The notes under the pieces are model-generated. The model worked only from the letters and a program-made list of their open reading frames with translations. It was not told the origin of the DNA and searched no databases. From Deltaproteobacteria bacterium (GTDB lineage Bacteria > Myxococcota_A > JAADFL01): a stretch of 64,000 bases of DNA. Position numbers and translations under genes: made by a program. How positions within the stretch are numbered: the first letter of the stretch is position 1; the number at the start of each line of letters is the position of its first letter. The stretch spans positions 23,301 through 87,300 of the forward strand of contig JAADFL010000205.1 of the NCBI GenBank assembly GCA_013152945.1. Reading direction: 5' to 3'. Below, one piece after another: positions 44,358 to 53,653 of this stretch.

Positions 44358-44816
44358 ATGGGCAAATCGAGTGTTCTTCCAGTTGTTTTTTTAGTACTGT
44401 TCACGTGTGGAATATCATCATGTTCCAAACCAATGAGGAGCGGGGACGAGCAGTACCCCTATAGTTCAATGACAAAGTACTTGGATGCATTAAGGTGGAA
44501 GAACTATCAGGGCGCTTCACAATATTGGTTGCCCACCAGGAGAGACAAGTGGCTTGAAGACCGGGAGGCGGAAGAAGATCTGGTGAATTACCAGAATTAC
44601 AGTATCCATGGGATCAAACCTCTTGGAAAGGAAGGCAAGGTACAGGCCAGGGCAAGAGTGGCGGTATACAGAAATGACAGGTTGGTTTTGGAGAAGAAGA
44701 CCCTGCTTTTGACCTGGGAAAAGGTGGCAGGCACCTGGTTCATTGTTAAAGAAGAATGGATTGCTTCGCCGCAAAACCGTAAAAGCGACAATTACAAGGT
44801 AGAGCCGAGCCATTAA
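44358..44816 (+). CDS. Hypothetical lipoprotein
   Basis: Signal peptide ending in an ISSC lipobox. 152 aa. Confidence 0.5.
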   Translation: MGKSSVLPVVFLVLFTCGISSCSKPMRSGDEQYPYSSMTKYLDALRWKNYQGASQYWLPTRRDKWLEDREAEEDLVNYQNYSIHGIKPLGKEGKVQARARVAVYRNDRLVLEKKTLLLTWEKVAGTWFIVKEEWIASPQNRKSDNYKVEPSH

Positions 44817-45001
44817 AATTGTTTGACCCGTGAGATAGTGACAGTAAACGGGCCGAGGTCGATTTTTTAAAGCTTTGTTTGGCTGGGGAAATCATGACCT
44901 GTCACATTTCTGATTCAGCCGCGGATGGCTATTGACTGTTTCCAGCATTTTAATTTATCATTTTCCAGTAATATGTTGTACTTCTTTTATAAGGAGAAGG
45001 C

Positions 45002-46744
45002 TTGAAGGTACACCATCTAGACAAGCTCATCAAGAGATGCGCAAAGGAGTTGGCTTTTAGAAAAGCTCTGCAGGCCTTGAAGCTTTCATTGCCTTGGTCA
45101 TTGGTGTCCTTTGCCGTTTCCCTCTTGCTTTTGCCTCTTGGTCCTGCATGGCTCGCAGCAATATACTTATTGGTACCGATACTCATCCCCATTCTGTGGG
45201 CGGCCATGGCTTATCGAAAAGGATTGGACCTTGAATCAGCCGCATCAGCCCTTGACAAGGCGGCAGGTGAATCCGACCTGTTTTCCTCTGCCTTCGAGTT
45301 CCAGAAAGAGGCACGAGACACAGTAGATGTTTCAAAGGGCGCACCAGCGGCCCCGGAACAATTGGCCGCGTATGCGGTCCCCGACCGATTGGCCGCGTAT
45401 GCGGTCCCCGACCGAATGGCCGCGTCTGCGGCCTCTATAATGAAGCAATTGACCATTGCAAGGGCAGAAGAAAGAGCGGCCGAAGTTTGGAAAAGTCCGA
45501 TGCCCAGGCCGGAACCGAGGTCCATGTCATGTACTCCTGCAATAATCGGACTAACCCTGTTCCTGTCCGTATTCCTGGCAGGTGAGACAGGCAACCCATT
45601 ACTCGTTCATAACAACATGAAACCCGGGACATCCAGATATGTAACAGAAAGCACATCTCCTTTACCGGCAATGACCCCGCAAAGGAGAACCATGAAAAAG
45701 GCGCTTCATGTTCTGGCTGACTTGCTTACCAAAAAAGAAAAGGACCATACCTCCCTGCTCGAAAAGCCGAAAGAACAGCCTCCAAAGGATCAAAAACAGG
45801 GCGCGCCTGAAAAACATGGCCGTATGATCCAAAAACCCATCTCTGAAAGAATAATGGCAGCCAAGTCCGAACACTATTTCAGGGTCGCGGAAATAATGAA
45901 CGACCTGTCCACAAAAAAGACCTTCAAGGCCAAGGGAAAGTTCGACCATGGGGTCGATGACATGGTGAGATATCTCGATTCCAAGGTATTGAGGGGAAAG
46001 AACCTTTCCGGCAAGAAACTCGAAGACATGGCCGAAAAGGTGGATGACTTGTCACAACGCATGTCCGAGCTGGCTGCATCCAGGGAAGGCAGGCAGGCAA
46101 TGGACCCAATAGGCATGACCCATACCGGAGGCTTCAGCAACGAGATACAGGGACTGCTGCGTAGATCCCTTGCGGAATTCCTGCGCCACTATGCATCCAC
46201 ACTCCGGGCCAGGGCGGAACAAATCTCCAGGGAACAAAGCAGGTACAAGAAAGCCTTGGCAATGGCGCGCATGGGCAGACCAAAAAAAACAAGGCGAACG
46301 GGACTTCACAGCGATGCACCTGCAGATGGCCCCATGGCCATGGACAAAAATCCTTCACCGGATGTTTCTATTGCGCCCATGAAGCCTCCAGAGAACATCG
46401 AACCAAACAACATGAAGGGAAACGGCACTACACCCGGGGCCAAGGGCGCGGGAGCAGGCAAGGGGCCGAGAGCCAAACCACAGGAAATAGGCAAGGCGGG
46501 CGAGTACGATTACTTGAAGGTGAAGGCCAGGGTGGGACAGGGTAAATCATGTTTCGAGCTTCTAAAGGGAACCGCTCCGGGAGATGCCGAAGAAATAGAT
46601 TCAGAGGCGTTCAAAGGGCTTGTACAGACAAGTTCGTCCAAGGCTGAAAAGACCATGGAGCAAGAGCCCATACCAGAGGATCTCAAGGAGATAATAAAAG
46701 GTTACTTCAAGGCCCTGAGTCCTCAGGACAGGCCGGATGGATGA
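45002..46744 (+). CDS. Hypothetical membrane-anchored protein (N-terminal 2 transmembrane segments, Lys-rich cytoplasmic region)
   Basis: TTG start with an AAGGAG RBS. Two hydrophobic helices near the N-terminus. Contains an in-frame 27-bp tandem repeat. Stop overlaps the DUF58 start. Confidence 0.5.
   Translation: MKVHHLDKLIKRCAKELAFRKALQALKLSLPWSLVSFAVSLLLLPLGPAWLAAIYLLVPILIPILWAAMAYRKGLDLESAASALDKAAGESDLFSSAFEFQKEARDTVDVSKGAPAAPEQLAAYAVPDRLAAYAVPDRMAASAASIMKQLTIARAEERAAEVWKSPMPRPEPRSMSCTPAIIGLTLFLSVFLAGETGNPLLVHNNMKPGTSRYVTESTSPLPAMTPQRRTMKKALHVLADLLTKKEKDHTSLLEKPKEQPPKDQKQGAPEKHGRMIQKPISERIMAAKSEHYFRVAEIMNDLSTKKTFKAKGKFDHGVDDMVRYLDSKVLRGKNLSGKKLEDMAEKVDDLSQRMSELAASREGRQAMDPIGMTHTGGFSNEIQGLLRRSLAEFLRHYASTLRARAEQISREQSRYKKALAMARMGRPKKTRRTGLHSDAPADGPMAMDKNPSPDVSIAPMKPPENIEPNNMKGNGTTPGAKGAGAGKGPRAKPQEIGKAGEYDYLKVKARVGQGKSCFELLKGTAPGDAEEIDSEAFKGLVQTSSSKAEKTMEQEPIPEDLKEIIKGYFKALSPQDRPDG
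45362..45433 (+). repeat. 27-bp direct tandem repeat (2.6 copies) inside CDS
   Basis: ttggccgcgtatgcggtccccgaccga occurs twice in tandem, followed by the partial copy atggccgcgtctgcggcc. It encodes LAAYAVPDR twice, then MAASAAS. Confidence 0.85.
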
Positions 46745-47624
46745 CCTGAGTTCCTTTTTCACGCCTGAATTCCTGGCCCGGATATCACGTGTAAGCTTGT
46801 TTGCAGGTAAGCTCGTTGGAGGAGGAAGACCTTCTGACAGGACGTCCAAGAGAACAGGAACCGGGACAGAGTTCGCGGATCACCGCGAATATATACACGG
46901 TGACGATCCAAAGCAGATAGACTGGCGCCTGTATGGAAGAACAGGCAAGTTCTTCACCAAGCTGTACCACTCCGAGGAAGATCGCATAGTTACCATTGCC
47001 CTGGATTGCAGCAGTTCCATGTCCGCAGGCCGGGACAAGTTCGACCTTGCACGCAGGCTTGCCGGGGCACTGGTTTTCCTTGCAACAAAGGACAGGGACA
47101 CTGCTGTAATCGCTCCTTTTGACGAAAAGGTTCGTAATCCCTTGCATGGCCTGCGTGGAGAACCTGGCTTCAGGCGCTCCCTCGGGTGGCTCAGTGGGCT
47201 CGATGCAAAAGGGCATACCGACTTGCCGGGCGTGGCAGGGAATCTGCTCGGCCTTGTAAAATCCAGGGGACCGATAATATTGATCTCGGATCTCATGGAT
47301 TCTAGGACACAGTCCGCCGGATTCCTGTCGTCACTGACCGGGAAGCATGGAGAGGCGGTAATCATACACGTATTCGCCCCGACAGACCGGGAGCCGCAAA
47401 TAAGAGGGTATGTGAGAATAATGGATGTAGAAGATAATAACAGCATACCTGTTCTGCTGGACTCCAGGCTTGCAAAGCGATACACAGAGACGTTCGACAT
47501 GTTCCGCAAATCCATGAAAGCAAGGTGCCGGTCGCTCGGCATCAGGTATGTAAGCATATCGAGCGACAAGGATCTCGCAGAGGTATTTCTCAAGGAATTC
47601 AGGGAGGCAGGAATAACCTGTTGA
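46737..47624 (+). CDS. DUF58-family protein (MoxR-associated vWA-like)
   Basis: 'GTEFADHREYIHGDDPKQIDWRLYGRTGKFFTKLYHSEEDRIVTIALDCSSSM' matches the DUF58 signature (G.EF...R.Y..GDD.R.IDW ... D.S.SM). Confidence 0.75.
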   Translation: MDDLSSFFTPEFLARISRVSLFAGKLVGGGRPSDRTSKRTGTGTEFADHREYIHGDDPKQIDWRLYGRTGKFFTKLYHSEEDRIVTIALDCSSSMSAGRDKFDLARRLAGALVFLATKDRDTAVIAPFDEKVRNPLHGLRGEPGFRRSLGWLSGLDAKGHTDLPGVAGNLLGLVKSRGPIILISDLMDSRTQSAGFLSSLTGKHGEAVIIHVFAPTDREPQIRGYVRIMDVEDNNSIPVLLDSRLAKRYTETFDMFRKSMKARCRSLGIRYVSISSDKDLAEVFLKEFREAGITC

Positions 47625-47636
47625 TTGTTGTTTGGC

Positions 47637-49532
47637 ATGAAGTTCACCGGAATATCTGAAATTCAGGCTGCCGCACTTTTATCAGGCTCTCTCTTGCTCC
47701 TGGCCTTGCTCTTTTTATTAAGGGGCAGACGCCGGAAACTGGTGGTCGGCACCTTTCCTGTATGGACCATGTTGCTCGGACGTTCAAGAGTGGATTTCAG
47801 GGCCCTTTTCGCATTATTCTTTGAAATGCTTGCTGCAGCAATGCTCTGTCTTGCCCTTACAGGCCCCACGCTTCGCGGGACAACCGATCGCAGGCAGGCC
47901 CTGGCGATCCTGGTGGATCAGGGTGTTACTTCGAGCGTGATCACGCCAAGAGGGACCAGGCTCCTTGTCTGGTCCAGGTTTGCAGACAAGGTACTGAAAA
48001 AAATACCCGAAGACGTACCGGTCTTGGTCGCGGGCGCTGCCGATCACCTGGATATACTTGCCGGTCCATGGGCAAGCAAGGGTGAGGCAAGAGCGGCTCT
48101 GGCCAAGTTGGAGACAAAACCGGTTATGAGCATGCCCATGCAGGCCGTGGAGACGGCATGCCGTGCGCTCTCTGCGTGGACTTCATCGAGGGAGCCGGCC
48201 GTGCTCTATATAGGCGGTGAAGATGAATTACCCGAGGCCCAGCTCGAAAACGGTTGCAGGCTCTATCCGGTAGGGCTTCGCGCCAAGGTCGACAACCTGG
48301 CAATAACAGGTTTCATGGCGCGAAGGACATCCGGCTTCGGCCGGGGATATCGTCTTTTTGTCAAGGCAAGGAATTTTGCCAGTAGAACGCGCAAAACCAG
48401 GCTTTCGGTATACTCGCCTTCAACCGTATTCGGCTCCGAAGAAGTGAGCATCCCGGGACGCGGATCAATCGAGCGATCCTACAAACTGGATGAAGAAGGA
48501 GGGACCGAGGGCAGACTCGCGGCCGGATTGCAGGGGATTAATGGCAGACCGGCCGATGGCTTTGCATTGGACGACACGAGGTACGCAGTAGTGCCCAAGG
48601 GTAGACGTATCAAAGTCTTACTGGTTACGCAGGGCAATCTGTTTTTTTCAAAAGGCCTGGCTGTAAATCCTGCTGTTTCCCTTGAAACCATGGCCCCGGT
48701 GGAGTTGAAAAAGCTTTCCACAGGAACCAAACCCGACGTGGTTGTGCTGGATGATACAGCCATGCCTAAAAAATACTCCGGCAACATGCTCCTGTTCGGG
48801 CCGAATGCCGCAGGTTCGAGGTTCAAACTGGGAAAGGAAATCAAGAACCCTGTCGTGTATTCATGGAACATCGAGCATCCGCTGCTTCGCAATGTTCGCT
48901 TGTCCAGTCTTGAGATAGAAAAGGCTAAACCGATACAGGCCGAACCCGGTGACAAGGTCATCGCCAGTGATTCAAATAATAACAACTTGATGGTAGTAAG
49001 GGATGATGGAAAAGAAAAAATTCTTGCAATCGCCTTCAAACTCACTGACTCTGACCTGCCTTTAAAGATAGCCTTTCCTGTCATGCTGGCCAACTTCACG
49101 GATTGGTGCGTCAAGGCGGAAACAAGTTTGAACGGACGCGAGGTAGGGCTGGGGACCTTTCAAGTCGTGGACAATGGCACCGGTTCCGGGCCTGTCACGG
49201 TCAGGGGTCCCGGTGGTTTGAATGTCGATGTCGTGCAACGTGCAGGAGGGCCGTCCATATTCATTCGGGAACCTGGTTTCTACACAATAACTCAGGGGAA
49301 AAACAGTTATACCCTTGCAGCCAACTTCACAGACAAATCTGTGTCAGCAAGATTGGCAAGGCCGTTACGTAGATCCGACGGAACAGGCGAGCATATATTC
49401 AACATCATTTCCGAACGTTACGGCAGCAGGAAGGGAAAGCCGGACCGTCCTCTTACAAAAATATTGCTCCTGGCTGCCTTGAGTCTCGTTGGAATGCTAT
49501 GGATTGGACATGGTACAGGACTTTTTCATTGA
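47637..49532 (+). CDS. BatA_N (aerotolerance-regulator N-terminal) domain membrane protein
   Basis: N-terminal pattern ALLSGSLLLLALLFLLRGRRRKLVVGTFPVW is typical of BatA_N. The large extracytoplasmic region has no recognisable motif. Confidence 0.6.
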   Translation: MKFTGISEIQAAALLSGSLLLLALLFLLRGRRRKLVVGTFPVWTMLLGRSRVDFRALFALFFEMLAAAMLCLALTGPTLRGTTDRRQALAILVDQGVTSSVITPRGTRLLVWSRFADKVLKKIPEDVPVLVAGAADHLDILAGPWASKGEARAALAKLETKPVMSMPMQAVETACRALSAWTSSREPAVLYIGGEDELPEAQLENGCRLYPVGLRAKVDNLAITGFMARRTSGFGRGYRLFVKARNFASRTRKTRLSVYSPSTVFGSEEVSIPGRGSIERSYKLDEEGGTEGRLAAGLQGINGRPADGFALDDTRYAVVPKGRRIKVLLVTQGNLFFSKGLAVNPAVSLETMAPVELKKLSTGTKPDVVVLDDTAMPKKYSGNMLLFGPNAAGSRFKLGKEIKNPVVYSWNIEHPLLRNVRLSSLEIEKAKPIQAEPGDKVIASDSNNNNLMVVRDDGKEKILAIAFKLTDSDLPLKIAFPVMLANFTDWCVKAETSLNGREVGLGTFQVVDNGTGSGPVTVRGPGGLNVDVVQRAGGPSIFIREPGFYTITQGKNSYTLAANFTDKSVSARLARPLRRSDGTGEHIFNIISERYGSRKGKPDRPLTKILLLAALSLVGMLWIGHGTGLFH

Positions 49533-52113
49533 AATAGTTTCCAGGCTGTACCCTGGCCCGGGACAGGTGCTGTTTGCATCCAAGGCTATGCTGTGGCTCT
49601 CGGTCTTGGCTGTAATTCCCGCTGTCTTGGCATTGGTGAAACATGCCGAACTCGGCTGGGCCAGGGTCATTCCAATCGCCCTTTCAAGGGTGCTTTTCGT
49701 GGTGGCCGTTGTCTTGCTGCTGGCCGGGCCGAAAAGAGTAGAGAAAAAGGAATCCCTCGACATGGTCGTGGCAATCGATGCAAGTATGAGCATTTCCAAT
49801 TCCAGGCTCAAGGCTGAAAAAGAAGCGGCGTCAAAGTTGGTCGATGAGGCATTAAGCCAAGGCGCAGGCAAGGCTAATGTAATATTGTTTTCAGACACTG
49901 CCGCGATTTTGCCACTGCCGGCCGGACAAAAGGATATCAAGGCTTTGATAACTGGTGCAAAAAGGCCTCCCGGGAGAGGCACGGACATAGCCGGCGCCTT
50001 GAGGAGATCGTACCCGATGCTCGGCGCGAATGCAGCCAGGGTGGTTGTGCTCTTTTCTGATGGAAACCAGACGAGCGGCGACATAAAACAGGAAGCCCTG
50101 AGGGCGGCATCCCTTGGAATAAAACTTTACGCCTTCAACCCCAAGGCTCCAGTTGGAGGCATCCGGTTACTCTCAATCAGTGCGCCTAAAGAGGTTCGCG
50201 CATCCAAGGAAGTAAGGATAACGGCCAAGGTGCATTCGGATAGGGCTGTAATGTCGCATGTCTCGCTGTGGAAGGCCAAGGAGAAGATTGCCGAAAAGAA
50301 AGTACGTCTTAAAAAGGGTAAAAATGAAATTGATTTCAAAATCAATGCTCCCGGCGAGCCCGGACTTCTTGACTACAAGGTGGTTGCCAGGGCATGGCCT
50401 CCTGACGTGCAGAGGATGAACGATGTGCTGGCAACCAGGATACAGGTGGAACCAAGACCAAAGATCTTGATCCTAAGGCCCAAGAACCGGCCGGGATCGA
50501 ACATGACCGGTCTACTCAAGAGCCTTGATGCGGACATAGATGAAAAACCGATTGACGATTTTCCTCCCGATATGTACGGACTCGTCCAGTATGATCTCGT
50601 TGTGCTGGATGAGCCCTCGGCAAAAGACCTTGACGGCCCGGCCGTGAAAAGGCTTGGGAAATACCTCCAGGATATGGCTGGAGGCCTGTTGTTCATCGGC
50701 GGGAAAAGATCAAAGGATATTTCAGCCAAGCAGGAAGCGCCGATAGAGCACCTGTTGCCCCTCAGGTTGAAGCGAAGGAAAAAAAGGGAAAAACTGTCCC
50801 TTGCCATGGTTCTCGTAATCGATCGTTCAGGCAGCATGGCCAGAGACGACAAGTTTGTGGCGGCATTGCGGGCTGCCCATGCAGCCATAGACGAACTCAA
50901 GGACGAGGTCAGAGTGGCATTGGTGCTCTTTGCAGATGAGCCGGAAGTCGTGCTGCCGTTGACCTTGGCAAAGAAAAGGAAGGAGATTGACGCGGCCCTG
51001 GAAGGCCTTGAGGTGGGCGGAGGAACCTCGATATATCCGGCTCTTGAAAAGGCTTACGAAATTTTGAAAGGCGTGGATGCAAAGGTCAAGCATATATTGT
51101 TATTGACTGACGGCGAGTCGGTTTCCAGGTTCGAACAGCATACAGACCTGGTCGAGGAAATGACATCCAAGAAGATGACCATTTCGACCGTGGCCCTGGG
51201 CCCTGACGCAGAGCGCAGGCACTTGCGACGATTGGCGGCGGCCGGGGGAGGAAGGTACTACTACGCACCCACCCCTGACAAGGTGCCCAAGATCTTCACC
51301 AGGGAAACAAGAACCGTGTCTGAAACAGGTGCGGTGGAAAGAAAATCGGAAATTGCCGCAGCCAAGAGGAGCGACATACTGAAAGGCCTTGCCATCGAGA
51401 ACGCTCCTCCCTTTTCAGGACTGCTCTACGGAGAGATCAAGCCTGCTGCCGAATTGATCTTGGAGACAAAAAAACACGAGCCTTTATTGGCAAGGTGGAG
51501 GTACGGTCTCGGCCAGGTCGTGATGTTCACTTCCGATTGTTTCGGCCCGTGGACAAGTACATGGAACAACTTCAGCAAGGCCGCCGAGCTGTTCAGGCGC
51601 ATGGCAGGTGCAGGGATCCGGAGAAACAGGATTTCCTCTCTTTCAATCAATGCCAGACCTGTCAGAGACCACGTCGAGATCACCGTATCCGGCCGGGAAG
51701 GAGCATCCGGGTTGCCGGCTCCGGATGCACTCGATCTCGTGGTGGTGGACCCCCTGCTTAAAACTGAAAAACTCAAGATGAAAAGGTTAGGGACAGCCAC
51801 GTATTCTGCACGATATGTGCCCAAAAGACCAGGTCCCTACCTGTACAGGATTGAACACGTTGTGCACGGCAAGGTCATCGAATCGGCTACTGCAAGACTG
51901 GTCGAGGCATACCCGGAAGAATTCGCATCAGAGCATGATGCAGTCGACGTATTGAAAAAGGCATGCCAACTGACCGGTGGAAAACTAAATCCAAGTCCTA
52001 TGGAAATATTCCAAGACAAGGTAACCAACAAAAAAACTATTTCCCTTGGAAACTCTCTGATATATTTTGCATTGGGTTTATTGTTGTTTGAAACAGCTAT
52101 TAGAAGAGTATAG
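49510..52113 (+). CDS. Membrane protein with two von Willebrand factor A domains (BatA/BatB-like)
   Basis: N-terminal transmembrane helices, then 'LDMVVAIDASMSIS' and 'LAMVLVIDRSGSMARD ... GGGTSIYPALEKA ... LLLTDGES' vWA/MIDAS motifs. The start codon is uncertain (49489 or 49510). Confidence 0.7.
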   Translation: MVQDFFIEIVSRLYPGPGQVLFASKAMLWLSVLAVIPAVLALVKHAELGWARVIPIALSRVLFVVAVVLLLAGPKRVEKKESLDMVVAIDASMSISNSRLKAEKEAASKLVDEALSQGAGKANVILFSDTAAILPLPAGQKDIKALITGAKRPPGRGTDIAGALRRSYPMLGANAARVVVLFSDGNQTSGDIKQEALRAASLGIKLYAFNPKAPVGGIRLLSISAPKEVRASKEVRITAKVHSDRAVMSHVSLWKAKEKIAEKKVRLKKGKNEIDFKINAPGEPGLLDYKVVARAWPPDVQRMNDVLATRIQVEPRPKILILRPKNRPGSNMTGLLKSLDADIDEKPIDDFPPDMYGLVQYDLVVLDEPSAKDLDGPAVKRLGKYLQDMAGGLLFIGGKRSKDISAKQEAPIEHLLPLRLKRRKKREKLSLAMVLVIDRSGSMARDDKFVAALRAAHAAIDELKDEVRVALVLFADEPEVVLPLTLAKKRKEIDAALEGLEVGGGTSIYPALEKAYEILKGVDAKVKHILLLTDGESVSRFEQHTDLVEEMTSKKMTISTVALGPDAERRHLRRLAAAGGGRYYYAPTPDKVPKIFTRETRTVSETGAVERKSEIAAAKRSDILKGLAIENAPPFSGLLYGEIKPAAELILETKKHEPLLARWRYGLGQVVMFTSDCFGPWTSTWNNFSKAAELFRRMAGAGIRRNRISSLSINARPVRDHVEITVSGREGASGLPAPDALDLVVVDPLLKTEKLKMKRLGTATYSARYVPKRPGPYLYRIEHVVHGKVIESATARLVEAYPEEFASEHDAVDVLKKACQLTGGKLNPSPMEIFQDKVTNKKTISLGNSLIYFALGLLLFETAIRRV

Positions 52114-52195
52114 AAAGAAACCAAATACTTGGATAACTGGATTTCTTATCGTGGTAAATGCCAGTCCTGGTTTTGGAAGGAAAAAGGAGCTTGAG

Positions 52196-52897
52196 ATGCA
52201 AAAAAATCATTTGAGCGTAGCCTGTTCGATGGCAATTTTGATTTTGGCTTTGCCATCTCTTTCCCTGGCCCAAGATGAGCAAAGTGTGGAAATTACTCAA
52301 AGTACGCCCAAGGTCGAGGCTCCCAAAAAACAGGAACGGAAAATCCAAAAAAAAATCGAAACCGCGATCGAAAGAGTAAACGGCAGAGTGGGCTTCGGAT
52401 TTTTCACCGGGAACGCCCCGCTCGGAGCACGCTATTGGCTTAACACCATTGTTGGCCTGGATGCAGGTTTCGGCATGAACGTGCACGAGGTCAGGGATGT
52501 CGAATCTTCGGATCCAAAGGATACCACTCCTGTCTTTGATTTTGCAATGGAGCTGGGAGTGCCCCTGGCGGTTTACAGCGCCAGGAACCTGATAATTTAT
52601 GCCCGGCCGGGAATGACCTTGATTAGAAAGTATAGAACCGGCACGGACAAAAACAACCAGGAAAAATATGATGACGATGTCACCCTGGAATTCAATGGAA
52701 TGCTGGGGGCCGAATTGTTCTTGTCGGCTCTCGGTCTGCCAAGTGTAAGTCTCCAGGGGGGCATAGGGTTGGCCCTGGGATGGCTGTTTCCCGCAGACCA
52801 GGGCGGCAGTTCCCATTCACAATTCTCCATGGGCACGATAAAGACCGACCTGGGAGTCCTCATCAATGCCCAACTCGGATTCCATGTATATTTCTAG
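52196..52897 (+). CDS. Small outer-membrane beta-barrel protein
   Basis: Signal peptide (AILILALPSLSLA), alternating hydrophobic beta strands, C-terminal '...GFHVYF' with terminal Phe. Confidence 0.5.
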   Translation: MQKNHLSVACSMAILILALPSLSLAQDEQSVEITQSTPKVEAPKKQERKIQKKIETAIERVNGRVGFGFFTGNAPLGARYWLNTIVGLDAGFGMNVHEVRDVESSDPKDTTPVFDFAMELGVPLAVYSARNLIIYARPGMTLIRKYRTGTDKNNQEKYDDDVTLEFNGMLGAELFLSALGLPSVSLQGGIGLALGWLFPADQGGSSHSQFSMGTIKTDLGVLINAQLGFHVYF

Positions 52898-53032
52898 ATA
52901 GCCATATCGAAAAATCAGAGGCAAAGAATGTATTTAATATGTTGATATTACGTACCGGCGATGACGGCAACTCAAATGCCACCCGAATATTCTGGATAAT
53001 CGAATCAATCACATCTGTTTTTTTACTCAATC

Positions 53033-53380
53033 CTAATTTACCGGGCTCACGACCTTGTCCACCATGTCCTTGAGCTGCTCCTTTGGAGCTGCACCTATCA
53101 CGCCTGTAACCGGCTCTCCGCCGTGGAAAACCGCCAGGGTCGGTATGCTCCTGATGCCATAACGCATTGCTATTTGCGGGTTCTCATCAACATTCAGCTT
53201 TACGAGCTTTATTCTTCCGGTGTAATCCCTGGCCAGGTCCTCGACTACCGGACCCACAATCCTGCAAGGAGCACACCATGGTGCCCAGAAGTCGACCAGA
53301 ACCGGCACATCGTTTTCAAGAACTTCCTTGTCGAAATTCGAATCAGTCCCTTCTACATAAACTTTCTCTGTGTCATTCAT
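53033..53380 (-). CDS. trxA: Thioredoxin
   Basis: '[14 protein letters not shown]' active site and the classic thioredoxin fold sequence. GGAGGT RBS 7 nt before ATG 53380; the track starts at an upstream GTG. Confidence 0.9.
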   Translation of the reverse strand: MNDTEKVYVEGTDSNFDKEVLENDVPVLVDFWAPWCAPCRIVGPVVEDLARDYTGRIKLVKLNVDENPQIAMRYGIRSIPTLAVFHGGEPVTGVIGAAPKEQLKDMVDKVVSPVN

Positions 53381-53653
53381 CTCTTTTACCTCCACAGGTT
53401 TTTTTCAACCTTCCGTCATTTAAGAACAGCAAAGGCCATACCACAATCAAAAAATATTTTTCTTACTTGATATCATTGTGAAATCCATGCTTGGTAAAAA
53501 GACATCCATGTAACTCCGGCTGCCGGTGTAACGTTGCAATAACCACCATGAAACATTTCGCAACATAGTGCAGCACCCATGTTCACCTATTGGTATAGGC
53601 TGATTGACTAAATAATTTTACTTTTTCAAGTTACATGCATTATCTTTGTCCTC

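Noticed and set aside
49489-49532. Upstream ATG 49489 as start of the double-vWA gene
   Set aside because: It lies within the preceding gene's 3' end. ATG 49510 gives a more typical BatA-like N-terminus. The choice is uncertain and does not affect the functional call.
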